DNA from: the human T2T-CHM13v2.0 reference genome, Homo sapiens
Length of the DNA: 64,000 nucleotides
Strand: one strand, 5' to 3'
Assembly: GCF_009914755.1 (NCBI RefSeq)
Contig: NC_060932.1
The notes under the pieces are model-generated. The model was given only the letters and a program-made list of their open reading frames with translations, did not search any database and was not told where the DNA came from. Below are positions 43,301 to 58,145 of this stretch, in pieces. Made by a program: the position numbers and the translations under genes. Every line of letters starts with the position of its first letter. Position 1 is the stretch's first letter.

Positions 43301-45283
43301 GTGTTACAAAATTTGGTATTGTAATTATGTCAATATATACTCTTTGTAGTAAAGTAGGTAATATTTGACTACTATAAACACCTGGTCAGAATGATCCAAA
43401 ATCTATCATTATTTTCTCCAAATCTCCTAAGCTATAGCTTTTAAAGTTAAATACTATAAGTCATTATCACAGCAAACAATTTAATATACTTTCTACTAAA
43501 GAATTATTTCCAACCTCCCAATATGGAATAGAGTGTATCCTTAGGTTACACAAGTCTACAATGAAACATTAATCTCCTATTCTGTATTATTTAGGAATTC
43601 TTCTTTTGTAAGTAGAAGAATGCCAGACTCATACTGGCTTTAAAAATATGCAAAAGCATTCCTTCACTTAACTGAAAAGTCCAGATATAGGTTAAGGTTA
43701 AATAAGCTTCTAATGATTCCTACTGTCCTCAAATGCCCACTTACTTCATGTCTTTTCTACCTTGAGTGGAGTGTATTTTTCCTATTCTTGATTTTTCTCA
43801 AAGTCGTAAAATGGCTTCCATATATTTTCAGAATCTCTAAGCCTCCTATTATTATTTAAATAATTTAGAGATAAATAAAGATTATCCTTTTGCCCCTCTA
43901 TCATTCTACTCCCAGAACTATCCTCATAAAGACGTTTCTTAATATAAACAGATTTTATGAGAATGAAGTTTATCAAAATAGGGTTTCATAATTTCACAAA
44001 CTGAATAAAACATTTATCATTCTGTAGCACGTTTTTGTTTTTATACAGTAATATTTTATGATCTTTTCTCCATGCCAATGCATACAGATTTAAGTCATTA
44101 ATTTTAAAACATGCATAATTGTATTTTAGCTTCAAGGGTTGGAATTGCTTATTTTAGCAGGAGAAATATGATAAAGTAAATTAGATGTTTAAAAAACAGT
44201 AGGAAGTATAGGAGGGAGGTAAATAATGAGAACCTCTTCCAGCTTCCAAAAAACCAGTAAGGCTCCAAATCACAGGATGCACCTATCAATTAGCTCAGCT
44301 GAAGATTATTTATAAGAGCTCACCTGGAAGCTCCTTCATGCTTCACATCTGCCTAGGTGCCAGTATCTTTTCCAGCAGATAATATGCTTTCCCCTTCTCT
44401 TTTGCCTTTAAATATTACACAAGTGCTGCTTATTGTGGAATCTAAAAGGGAACTCTGTTTGTAAATGTATAGGGTAAATGTAATTCATTCCTACGTTTAT
44501 AACCAAAAGTTGACATGGTTAGGAATGGAGACGAGTATTACTAGACAGTAACCAGGGCAATACTGTTTCAGGCAATAGCATGATAATTTGTCCACTCATG
44601 CCTTTATTGATGGAAGTTCAAATTATCTGTTTTTTTCTTTATAACAATACTCAAAATAATCATTAATGTACTTGTTATTAATTTAATTGGCTTAAGTAAT
44701 ATTACTTTTCTGTTCTAATATGTATTTCATACCACACCGAAATTTAAAATGATGAATTTAAGTAGACCCCACTGTAAAATTAGTTTCTGTATTTTTAACC
44801 ACCTTCTTCTGTAGACTGAAATAAGTTAGCATTTATTAAAATTATATACTGAAATGCCATGTTTATTTGACACAAAAGCTATACTTTTCCCTCAAAAAAA
44901 TACATTTTTAGATGTACATATAAATAATTCAAAGAAGAGTATATATTCATTTAATTTCTTTATTAGCTAATACTGTACTAATTAATACCTTACTACATTA
45001 AATTTACTTTGGCTGGTCACTTTTTGCGCCATTCATTTTTTGTAACTATTGCAGAATATATCTGTTACTTTGGTCACTGCAAGTTATCACATTTGTTCTC
45101 TAATAAGTTTTTTAGAAAGCCATCCCATAAAAAAAAATAAGTAACTATATGCTACATATGAAATGGCATTCTGATTGCAACAAGGAGGACTTCAATGCCA
45201 ATATTCAGAAACATTAAATGTTTTAAGCCTTGGGTTTCAGATGACTGATCAGGCTATTGAGTACCCGGGTTGCTGTTATTTAT

Positions 45284-45545
45284 TTATTTATTTTAATTTA
45301 TTTATTTTAAGAGACTGGGCCTTGCTCTGTCACCCAGGCTGGAGTGCAGTGGCATGATTTCGGCTCACTGCAGCCTTGACCTCCTGGGTTCAAGTGATCC
45401 TCCCGCCTCAGCCCCCTGAGTAGCTGGAACCTACAGGCGTGCACCAACAAAATGCCCGGCCAATTTTTGTATTTTTTGTAGAGATGGGGTTTCACCATGT
45501 TGCCCAGGCTGGGCTCCAACTCCTGAGCTCAAGCACATCCAGTCA
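45284..45545 (-). mobile_element. AluJ (Jb-like), 5'-truncated
   Basis: 'cactgcagccttgacctcctggg', 'ttttttgtagagatgggg'; 15-bp TSD GTTGCTGTTATTTAT at 45269-83 and 45546-60. Confidence 0.92.
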
Positions 45546-45979
45546 GTTGCTGTTATTTATATAAGTGAGATACATCATAATATAATGCTGCTTCTCACAA
45601 AAAAATAAAAAGTGAAATGCATAATCTTTTTCAGATAAGTAACTTGTTTCTATACTGAAAAGTTCCATGAGTAAAATAGAATCTTAGAACTATGTTTTTG
45701 ACATTCTATTCTTATTTTTAGATATGAGTGTTTTGATGTGTCTCTCCACTTTAAAATTAGCTAGTGAAAGAAATGAAAGTACACCTCCTGGGATATTTGC
45801 TTTTATTATGTAAAACAGTGGAAAAATGTTTATTCCCTAATGTGAAAACAACAATGACAACTTTGGCAATAAACATGAAATAGTTTTGAAAATTATATAA
45901 ATAATGCAATTTATACATTTTATGTTTAGAAGTTACTCAAATCACCAGACACTAGGCTTTAGCAATACTATATTGGTGA

Positions 45980-46170
45980 GAGTATATGGGATACAGACTC
46001 AGGAGACTTGATTTTGCATTTTGATTCTTCCATTTACAAGTTATGAATTTACCATTTAACTTTCCTAATCTTTATTTTGTCATCTATGAAATTTGAATAA
46101 TAGTTACCTATGCAAGTATGAGAATAAAATGAGATCTTGTTCATGAAAAAAATCAGGATTGACTATAACA
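45980..46170 (+). mobile_element. MIR
   Basis: 'catttaactttcctaatctttattttgtcatctatgaaatttgaataatagttaccta...gagaataaaatgagat'. Confidence 0.65.
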
Positions 46171-46263
46171 AGCTATGTGAAGTTATTTGTTATGACCTAA
46201 TCATGTTTTATAAAATTTATATTACAATTCTTAATAATACTCTAAACTCAAAACAATTTTTAG

Positions 46264-47634
46264 TGAGAGGTGACAGCGTGCTGGCAGCCCTCGCAGCCCT
46301 TGCTTGCTCTGGGCACCTCTTCAGCCTTGGCACCCACTCTGGCTGAGCTTGAGGAGCCCTTCAGCCCGCCACTGCACTGTGGGAGCTCCTTTCTGGGCTG
46401 GAGGAGGCCAGAGCCTGCTCCCTCAGCTTGCTGGGATGTGTGGAGGGAGAGGCGTGGGCAGGAACCCAGGCTGCGCGTGGTGCTTGCAGGCCACCGCAAG
46501 TCCCGGGTGGGCGTTGGCTCCGCGGGGCCCGCACTCTGAGTGGCCATCTGGCCCCGCCAGCCCGGGCAGTGAGGGGCTTAGCACCTGGGCCAGCAGCTGT
46601 GGAGGGTGCGCCAGGTCACCCGGCAGAGCCGGCCCACCAGCGCTGTGCTCAATTTCTCGCAGGGCCTCAGCTGCCTCCCTGCGGGGCAGGGCTCCAGACC
46701 TGCAGCCCGCCGTGCCTGAGCCTCCCCCACACTGTGGGCTCCTGCGTGGCCTGAGCCTCCCTGACGAGCACCGCCATCTGCTCCGCAGCGCCCGGTCCCA
46801 TCGATCACCCAAGGGCTGAGGAGTGTGGGGCATGGCACTGGTCTGGCAGGCAGCTCCACCTGCGACGGGGTGCAGGATCCACTAGGTGAAGCCAGCTGGG
46901 CCCCTAAGTCTAGTGGAGACTTGGAGAACCTTTATGTCTAGCTAAGGGATTGTAAATACACCAATCAGCACTCTGTGTCTAGATCAAGGTTTGTAAATGC
47001 ACCAATCAGCACCCTGTGTGTAGATAATGTGGTGGGGACTTGGAGAATCTTTATGTCTAGCTAATGGATTGTAAATGCACCAATCAGCACTCTGTGTCTA
47101 GCTCAAGGTTTGTAAATGCACCAATCAGTGCTCTGTGGGGACTTGGAGAATTTTTGTGTCTGGCTCAGGGATTGTAAACACACCAATCAGCACCCTGTCA
47201 GAACAGACCAATCAGTTCTCTGTAAAACAGACCAATCAGCTCTCTGTAAAATGGACCAATCAGCAGGATGTGGGTGGGGCCAGATAAGGGAATAAAAGCA
47301 GGCTGCCCCAGGAAGCAGTGACAACCTGCTCGGGTCCCCTTCCACACTGTGGAAGCTTTGTTCTTTCGCTCTTTGGAATAAATCTTGCAGCTGCTCACTC
47401 TTTGGGTCCGCACTGCCTTTATGAGCTGTAACACTCACGGCAAAGGTCTACAACTTCACTCCTGAGCCAGCGAGACCACGAACCCACCAGAAGGAAGAAA
47501 CTCAGAACACATATGAACATCAGAAGGAACAAACACCGGACACGCCGCCTTTAAGAACTGTAACACTCACCGCGAGGGTCCACGGCTTCATTCTTGAAGT
47601 CAGTGAGACCAAGAACCCACCAATTCCGGACACA
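46264..47634 (+). mobile_element. LTR12 solo LTR (ERV9/HERV9; LTR12C/D/E-type, E-like 5' end)
   Basis: TGAGAGGTGACAGCGTGCTGGCAG...CCAATTCCGGACACA; GC/CpG-rich U3; tandem CCAAT repeats; perfect 4-bp TSD TTAG (46260-63, 47635-38). Confidence 0.96.
46900..47330 (+). promoter_or_regulatory. LTR12 U3 enhancer/promoter: 8 CCAAT (NF-Y) boxes, GATA site, TATA-like AATAAAA
   Basis: CCAATCAG at 46961, 47002, 47080, 47121, 47183, 47208, 47232, 47256; GATAAG at 47283; AATAAAAG at 47291. Activity is not shown by sequence. Confidence 0.7.
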
Positions 47635-49114
47635 TTAGGACAAAATGCTATAAGGGAAGAAATAATTTTTAAATAAAAGAAAATGGTGGGAGTAATATTA
47701 CAAAAAATGGTGGACCAGGAAGTTTCAGGGTTTAGTTCCTCAACCATAACAATAATTAAACTGAAAAAAAAAATGAGAAGAGCCAAGGGTAGTACCTGAG
47801 GGAGGAATAGGCTGCTGAACTTTGGTAAGAGACCAACTTGTAGGACCAGCTCCCATCCCCGTTCCTTGTCCCTGTTGTGGTTGTGGGGATAGACCACATT
47901 CCCAGAGCACCTGATTGGTACCATGGTAGACAGTAAGAACTTGTTCTCCAATGGTTCAGGTTTGTGAGATTTGGTTGGCCTGGTGATTCTCTGAGGAGCT
48001 ACAACAGATGCCTACCTTTGATTTGGCTCCCTAGGGATGCAGTGGCCTTCCCAGCAGCATCTTCTGGAAGCACACTTTTGTGTGTGTGTGTGTTTGCATC
48101 TAGAAACTTAAGAAAATCTGTGTCAGGTCATAGAGCAAAGAGATGACACAGAGAAACTTCATTGACCACACAACAGAGAACACAGACTTTCCAAAAATAG
48201 TTTGGAAAAGTTAGCATACAAATGGGTACATTCAGGACTCAATAAGTGACAGAAACAATTTCTGAGGAGAATTTGATTTCCAGAGTTATACTTTAATACT
48301 CAAATGTTTCATTATCAACAAAATGTTACTATGCTTACAGAGAAATGAGAAAATATGACTCGTTCGCAGGAAAAATAGTTTGAATAAAACTCTTCTAGGA
48401 AGCCCAGACATGGAAATTCCTAGCAAAATACTTTTTAAAAAACTGTCTCAAATATGTTCAATGAGCTAAAGAAACCCATGGAAAAACAATGAAAAGAAAT
48501 TAGGTGAAAAATGAATAAACATAAATAAACATATAAATTTCTCTACATAAAAAGAGAAATTATCCAATAGAACCAGATAGAAATTTGAGGGCTGCAAAAT
48601 ACAATAGCTTAGATGTAAAACAAAATTAATACAGGGGTTCAACAGAAGATTTGGGCAGACACAGTAAAGAATCACCAAAGTTTGAAGTTAGGGCAGTTGA
48701 AATTATCTAGCCTGGGGAGGAGAAAGAAAAAAAGAAACAAATGAGGAAAATGAGTAGAACCTGAGGAACCTGAAGGACATACACAAACATACCAACAGGG
48801 GAATTGCAGGAGGAAAAAAATAGAAGCAGAAAAATATTTGAAAAAATAATGACCAAAACTGTATTAGATTTGATGAAATTCATGAATCTACGTATGAAAG
48901 ATGCTCAATAAACTCCAAGACAATAATCAAAAAATTCTACATTGAGATACATTACAGTTCAATTGTTGAAAGCCAAAGGCAAAAAAATCTTGAAAGCAGC
49001 AAGACAGAAGCCACATGTCATGTGCAAGGAATCCTAACTAAGATAAATAGCTGTTTTTTCACCAGAAAGCATAGCATGAGAAGAGTGGTAAGAGGTATTT
49101 AAAATGCTAAAAGA

Positions 49115-49424
<310 letters not shown>

Positions 49425-50548
49425 TCAACTACCAATTCTACATCCAGCAAAACTATCTTTCAAGAATAAATGAAAATTAATATGTTTTCCAATAAACAAA
49501 AGACAAGAAAGTTTGTAACTAGTAGATTTGTACAAAAAGTGCTAAAGGAAGTCCTTCAGGATGAAATGAAAAGATGCTACACAGTAACTCGAAGCCATAT
49601 GAAGAAATGAAGAACATTGAGAAAGATAACCACATAGGTAAATATGAAGTCCTCTATCATTGTACTTTTGGTTTATAACTTCTCTATCTGTATATATGAT
49701 TTAAAAGGCAAATACGCAAAATAATTACAAATCTATATCAACTTGTATAATATTAATATATACAGACATAATTTTTGACAAGAAAAATATAAAGGGGGAA
49801 GGTGGAGAAGTATAAAAAAAGTGTTGCATGCTACTGAAAATAAATTGGTATTATTCAGACCAGGTTGTTATCAGTTTAATATGTTAATTATAGTTTCCTA
49901 GATTACCAATGGGAAAATAATTTTTAAAATATATACAAAAGAAAGTGATGTACTATAAAAATAAATATTAAAAGACAGTAATGTAGAACTGAGAAATGAA
50001 AATATAAGACATACAGAAAATAAACAGCAAAATGTCACAAATATGTTCTTTATTATCAGTAATTACATGTAAATGAATTAAATTAGCCAATTAAAATGAA
50101 AGTGACAAAATGAATAAAAAAACATAATCTATCTATGTGCTGTCTATAAGAGACTCACTTTGCACACACAGACAACAAGACTTAAGTGTAAAAACACAGA
50201 GCTAGCTATTTTATGCAAATAGTAACTAAAACAGTTGGGGTGGCTTTAATATTGTCAGACAAAAGATATTTTACATCAAAATAGTGTACAAGAGGCAGAG
50301 GAAATTATATATTGATAAAAGATTCATCCATCAAGATGATATGACAACTATATGCACACCCAACAATAAAGCCATAAAATACATGATGCAATATTGACAA
50401 AATTGAAAAGGGAAAGATACTTCTACAACAACAATTGGAAACTTCAATATCCCACTCTCAATATAGGATAAAACAACCAGACAGAAGAGCAATAAGGAAA
50501 CAGATGACCTGAACAACGTTACAAATCAATTAGACTTAAGAACATATA

Positions 50549-51106
<558 letters not shown>

Positions 51107-51126
<20 letters not shown>

Positions 51127-51180
51127 AATACATATTGTTCTTAAGTGGGAGCTGAACAATGAGAATATATATTGTTTTTA
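51107..51180. repeat. 37-bp tandem duplication (2 copies)
   Basis: agtgggagctgaacaatgaaaatacatattgttctta / agtgggagctgaacaatgagaatatatattgttttta. Confidence 0.9.
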
Positions 51181-51194
51181 AGTGCACATAGAAG

Positions 51195-51309
51195 ATTTTC
51201 CAATATAGACTATATCTTAGCTCATTAAACAAGTCTTAATAAATTTAATAATATTTTCAAAATAGACTGTATCTTAGGCCATAAAACAAGTCTTAATAAA
51301 TTTAAAAAG
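51195..51309. repeat. ~58-bp tandem duplication (2 copies)
   Basis: attttccaatatagactatatcttagctcattaaacaagtcttaataaattt / attttcaaaatagactgtatcttaggccataaaacaagtcttaataaattt. Confidence 0.88.
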
Positions 51310-51729
51310 ACTGACAACCATATATTCTATCTGTTCTGACCACAATGAAAAGACTAAAATTCAATAACAGAAGAATACTGGAAAATTTCCAAAGATATGG
51401 AAATCAAACAACACTTAACTCTTAACCAACTTGTCAAAGAAAAAATTAAACAGGAATTAGAAAATATCTTGAAAACAATACAAGCAAAACACAATATATA
51501 AAACTTTATGGGATGCAGTAAAAGTGGTACTAACAGTAGAATTTATATCTATAAACAGCTATATTTAAAAAGAAGAAAAATATCAGGTCAGTAACATAAC
51601 TAAAATTTAAGGACCTTGAAACAGAGTAGCAGACTATATTAAAAAATGTAGCATGAAAAAAAATAAGAGAAAACCAAACATGAGAAAGAAAATAATAAAA
51701 ATTAGAGTGGAGATAAATTTAAAAATTGA

Positions 51730-52086
<357 letters not shown>

Positions 52087-53613
52087 AATAGTGACAGACT
52101 TTTAGCTAGATTGACTAAGAAGAAAAAAAAAAAAAAACTACTAAACTCAAATACGAAAAGAGGACATTTTACTTACTTCATGGAAATAAGACTGATTATG
52201 AGGCTGTACTATGAACATTGTGTGCTAAAACATAAAATTACCTAGATAAAATGCTAAAATTCTGGGAAATTCACAAACTCCAAGATGGCTCAAGAAGAAA
52301 TAGAAAATATGAATAGACTTCTAATAGGCAAGCATGCTGAATGAGTTAAAAACAACAAAAACAATAGCAAAAACCACCTCTCAACAAAGAAAAGCCCAGG
52401 ACCACTGTCAAATTAACTGGTCGATTTATACCAATCCTTTTTAAACTCTGTTAAAAAATATGAGAAAGGAGAAACACTTCCTAACTTATTATATAAGGCC
52501 ACCATTACCCTGGCCTGAATATGATACCTGAAATTGAAGCCAAAGACCTTACAATAAACAAAAAAATACAACGATATCCCTAATCACTGTAAGTACTATA
52601 ATCTTCAACAAAATACTAATAAACGTAATTTAGCCATGTGTTAAAAGAACTACAAACCATGTCCAAATGGAATTTATACCAGGAAGGCAAAGATTGTTCA
52701 ATACACAAAAATCAGTCTATCATCACATTAATATAAAGAAAGTAGAAATATGTAGTTATATAAATTGATGCAGAAAAATAAATTGGAAAAATTCCAAAAC
52801 ACTTTCATGAAAAAAGCTACTCATAAAAATATCATTAGAAATATATATTTGCAAAATAATAAAGACCATATTTTAAAAAATCCACACCTAACATCATACA
52901 ATGGTAAGTGACCCAAAGTCAATTTTTAAGATAAGAAAAAATACAAGGATATCTGCTTTCTCCTCCTCTATTCAATAGTATTGAATATTCTCACCAGGGT
53001 GATTAGCAAAGAAAAATGAAGAAAAGATATCTAAAATGGAAATAAGGAAGTAGTTATCTTTATTCAGAGATAACATGATGTTATATGTAGAATGTCCTGA
53101 AAAATCCATAAAATACTGTTAAAATTAAGAAATTATGGGGAGAATTTGGAGAAATTAAAACCATCATACTTTCCTGGTGGAAATACATACTAATGAAGCC
53201 ACTGTTGAAAACAATTAGACAGTTTCTAAACTAGGTAAACATAGAGTTAAAATGTGGTCCAACAATTTCACTTGTAAGTATAAAAAAAAATTGAAATCAG
53301 GGACTTAAACAGATACTTGTATGCAAATGATTATAGCAGCATTATTTACAATAGCCAAAGGTGTAAAAAAGTCAGGTGTCCATCAAGAGATGAATGAATA
53401 AACAAAATGTGATAACTACATGCAATTATTATTCAGGTGTAAGAATAAATAAAATTGGGACGTATTCTGAAACATGGATAAACCTGGGAAATATTATGCT
53501 AAGTGAAATAAACCAAACATAAAGAGAAAGATTTGTATGATCCCATTTATATAAAATATCTAGAATAGGAAAATTCAAGAAGACAAAAAGTAGATTAGAA
53601 GTTACCAGGGGCT

Positions 53614-53918
53614 GGCCGGGCGCAGTGGCTCACGCCTGTAATTCCAGCACTTTGGGAGGCCGAGGTGGGCGGATCACGAGGTCAGGAGATCGAGACCATC
53701 CTGGCTAACACGGTGAAACCCCATCTCTACTAAAAATGCAAAAAATTAGCTGTGCGTGGTGGTGGCCACCTGCAGTCCCAGCTACTAGGAGGCTGAGGCA
53801 GGAGAATGGCGTGAACCCAGGAGGCGGAGCTTGCAGTGAGCCGACATCAGGCCACTGCACTCCAGCCTGGGCGACAGAGCGAGACTCTGTCTCAAAAATA
53901 AAAAAAATAAAAAAAATA
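53614..53918 (+). mobile_element. AluY
   Basis: Y diagnostics; TSD AAGTTAC(C/A)AGGGGCT. Confidence 0.94.
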
Positions 53919-54045
53919 AAGTTACAAGGGGCTGGGATGGAGGGAAAGGAAGGTTACTGCTTAATGGGTACAGAGTTTCTATTTGGGGTAATGGAAAATT
54001 TTGGAAGTAGTTAGTGGTTATGGTTGCACAACATTGCACATGTAA

Positions 54046-54389
<344 letters not shown>

Positions 54390-55549
54390 TAATATATTAG
54401 TTTTCTGAAGTTATTTAAAAATTGAAATGGTAGTTTTTTTCTATTTGTTATATTCCAGTAATTTCAAAATCATTATTGCAGTTAACAACTAGTTCATAAA
54501 CCTCTTTAAAGCAACTCTATTTACATTTTGTTCATAATCTTCATTCCTAAAATCTCAATTCAGTTTTAACTCACCAGTGTGTGGCCGAATATGAAAGGCA
54601 ATTTCAGGAACACTTTTTAAAGACATAACTTTACTGCCCTTGAAATAGGAAATATGTTGCATTGAGTTCTTTAATAACCAAGATAACTTTTCAATTTCAA
54701 GAGCAATACCATCTCAAAGGTCACTTTTTCTATTCAGTTTCATACCCTCCCTCATATTGTTGATTTGAACAGGGAGTTTCCATTGATTTCAAAAGGGCCA
54801 TGAACAGAGATAGACTGAAAACAGCTTAGAGCCCCAAATGAAAGCTGACTGGGGACTTAGGATAATCTGGAATCTGCTTTGGTGAATACACTCAATTGAA
54901 ATATGGTTATGGTAACATATAAAATCATGTTTATATTTCTCAAAAACTGTAGTAATGATTTTCTACCAAATCAAAATTTTTAAAAATGTATTTTCTTAAA
55001 AGACAGATTAAAGCTAGCAGTTATTAGACTATTCTACTACCTCCATCTATATTTATCATCTAAAATTAGGATCAGTATATAAAATTAGATTTTACATTAT
55101 GCCTTTATTTCATTCACTAGATTACCGAATGCAGTCGCTGATATCCAATGTAAATAGACCACATGAACAATACCTACAGTCATCCCACTATCATCATATG
55201 TTGAGCTGCAATAAATACAATCTATTATTAAATCACTTTGCATTATTTATGTTTACTTTAAAATTTATGTAGTAGTTACTATGAGTTCAAGTCCATGCTT
55301 GTTTGTTAGTATTTTTGGTGGGTAGTTGCTTACGGAGATCAAGGTGCAAAATTATGTACAGTTCATCCTATATTTACAATAGAGGACTTAGATATATAAA
55401 TACATTACTGTAATACAATGAGAATTATTATACTTAAAGAAGTATTATAGAAGCACCAAAGAAGCAGTTCTAATTCTGCTTTAGGCAGACTGTGAAGTCC
55501 TAACTGGGGTCAAAATTAAACTTTATTTTTCAGGACCAGAAAGATTTAC

Positions 55550-56345
55550 CTTCCTTTATCCGCTTTGATGAAGTATATATTAAAATCTGGCACTTGAAAA
55601 TTTGGTTTTTGTGTTTTCTTATAGTATTTGGAAAGTTCTTTATACCATCTACATGCAAGTCATTACAACAAATATAACTTGAAAGTATTTCTCCTAATTT
55701 GTGCTTTATATTTTCATCTCAAGAATATCTTTCAAAAAGTAGAAGTTTTTTATTTTTATTTTTATGAAGTCCGACTTTTCATTTTATTCTTTAATGGATT
55801 GTTTATTTGGTGTTTTTACCTAATACACAATCAGAAAGATATTCTCTATGTTTTATTCTAAAACTTCTACATTTTAGGCATCCGATTTAAGAATGATCCA
55901 TTTTGACTTAATTTTTTATATAATATCAGGAACGGACAAAGTTATTTTTGGCATATGGATATACAATTGTTCTAACAATTGAAAAGATTTTTTACTATAT
56001 TTTTACACATTAGTTGAAAATCAATTTACCATACATATGTGGCTCTATTTCTGAACTATTTACTCTGTTCCATTGATCTAATTGTCTATATGCCAATACC
56101 ATATCATTCTGAGAAATGTAACTTTTGAATAAATATTAAAATAAAGTACTGTTGGCCCTCCATCTTCTTCTTTTTAAGTCATTTTATATATTTTATGCCC
56201 TTTGCATTTGCATATGAGTTTGAGTGCAGGTTGAAAATTTCTTCTAAAATTCTGCTTGTAATTATATTAGAAATGTACTTAATCTATACATGGATTTGAG
56301 GAGAATTAACATCTTAACAATATTGAGTTTCAAACCTATGAAAGA
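55550..56345 (-). mobile_element. Old L1M ORF2 fragment
   Basis: 'gttgaaaatcaatttaccatacatatgtggctctatttctgaact', 'gagaattaacatcttaacaatattgagt'. Confidence 0.75.
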
Positions 56346-57089
56346 CATGGGGAAGGGAAGCCACATCAATGACCAAAAATACCGTAATTGGAGAAAATGC
56401 AGAGAGAGTGGGTCCAGATTAGATATGCAGATCGGTTTATTGCTTGCAAAATGAAGGAACTCCTGATTGATTGTTTTGACTTTCACAAGGAAGTTTGAGA
56501 CAATGATTTAGTTCTTGCAGGTGAAAAGTTACAGAATATAGAACTGCAAATTTGCAGTGTGAGGAGAAAGTAGGAACTAGTTGCTTTGGAGACAGAGAAA
56601 TAACATACTAGCGAAATGTGGGAGAACTTCCAGGCAGTATTGAAGAGCTCTATGAATTGAAAGACCTGTATGAAAGTCAAAGGGTCTGTGTGATTTTTAT
56701 CAGACAATATTTAATTGTTTACCCTAGTACAGGCACCAGATAGTTAACAATTTGATTGAAAACAGGCTTGGAATTTAGCCGTTTTATGTATAAAGAAAGG
56801 TAAGAAAGAATTGAGCTTTTAGAGAATTTGTTGTAGGTGAATTATGTGAATGGGCCAGAGTCAATGTATTCCTAGTCCCTGTCGGGCACATAAACCATGT
56901 TACTGAGAGACAGAATGTATGTCTGGTGACTCTGACTTGATGACATCTACATGATGATGCTGCTGAATACTTATATACAACTAGTAATTGGGGAACTTCT
57001 ACTTTAATGGCTGCGTTTGGCAACCAGGTCCAGTGAAACAGGTACTGTACCAGCAGGATCCATGATATTAACAGAAGCAAATATAATAA

Positions 57090-57360
57090 AAATAGTAGGT
57101 AATATTTATTAAACACTTGTGTGCAAAGCACTAAACTAAGGCCTAAACCCACTGTACTTCCAAACTTGTCTTACATAATTTTCACAAAATCTTGTGATGC
57201 ATTATTATCATCACTCTTGTTTTTTTTTTTTAATTGTTGCTTTTCTCGTAATAACTCTGAGAGAGGTTACATGACTGGCCAAGGGCAAAAAGCCTGTACA
57301 ATACAGAATTAAGATTTTAAAAACTGCCATGTCTATAGTCCATGAATATCTTGCTATTGT
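57090..57360 (-). mobile_element. MIR
   Basis: 'taatatttattaaacacttgtgtgcaaagcact...gagaggttacatgactggccaagg'. Confidence 0.7.
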
Positions 57361-58100
57361 ACTGCAAAAGAACTGGATTCCAGCTTTGTGATTACCTGGT
57401 TTTGTGACTCTGAGAAAGGCACTTATTACTTTAAATTTTCATTTTCTCATTTGTGTTGTAATAAACACTCTAATGTCTCTTTGCCTGTGATATGATCTTT
57501 CATTTTCTAAAAAGTTATCCTAAAGAATTTTCCATTAGGAGCATGAAAAAAACTCCAGGTAACTATACTGTAACATAGATATGGCACTTTAGATAATGTT
57601 TGAGATTTTACATTAACATTCACCATTAGATTTCATATTTTACTGTAATTCTTCACAGTGCAAATCTAGTAACTATTTAAACTCAAGCTTTCTGTTATTA
57701 TAAACATAATTTTCTCTTATTTTTACAGTATAGCATACTTATTGCTATGGCATAATAATTCATGTAGTCATGACAATTAAGGAGCTATTTGAGCTATAGT
57801 AGCAAAGTCTGCACTCAAAATATTTAGTGATGCCAACATATTTATAATAATACACAATTCGCAGAGTATTAAATTGACAATGTTTTATAATATGAGAAGT
57901 TGGTGCCAAAATATCTTGCATTTCATACACAAGATGAAATATAATTGCTTGCATGACACATCGAAGTACTAGATTTTAGGCTCAGAAATTAATTGTTGAA
58001 ACAGGGCAGTAATTTATTTTTGAGAAAGTGTCATATATAAAATCAAGCACATGCATTCCCTAGGTTTCTTATGCAATTTTTAGTCTAAATATTATGGATG

Positions 58101-58145
58101 CTCTCTCTCTCTCTCTCTATATATATATGTATATATATATATATA
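58101..58145. repeat. Compound (CT)9(AT)n microsatellite
   Basis: ctctctctctctctctctatatatatatgtatatatatatatata. Confidence 0.92.

Noticed and set aside
46900-47270. Regularly spaced direct repeats superficially like a CRISPR array
   Set aside because: These are the known tandem U3 enhancer repeats of LTR12; the intervening sequences are themselves repeated, there are no cas genes, and the DNA is eukaryotic.
46260-47951. Cluster of overlapping ORFs up to 171 aa in GC-rich sequence resembling a CpG-island gene start
   Set aside because: They lie within or overlap LTR12; stop-poor GC-rich repeat sequence gives ORFs in all frames with no protein similarity.
56784-57152. 122-aa hydrophobic minus-strand ORF and other hydrophobic short ORFs
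   Set aside because: Leu/Phe/Ile richness reflects AT-rich codons; it overlaps a MIR, has a non-ATG start and shows no domain.
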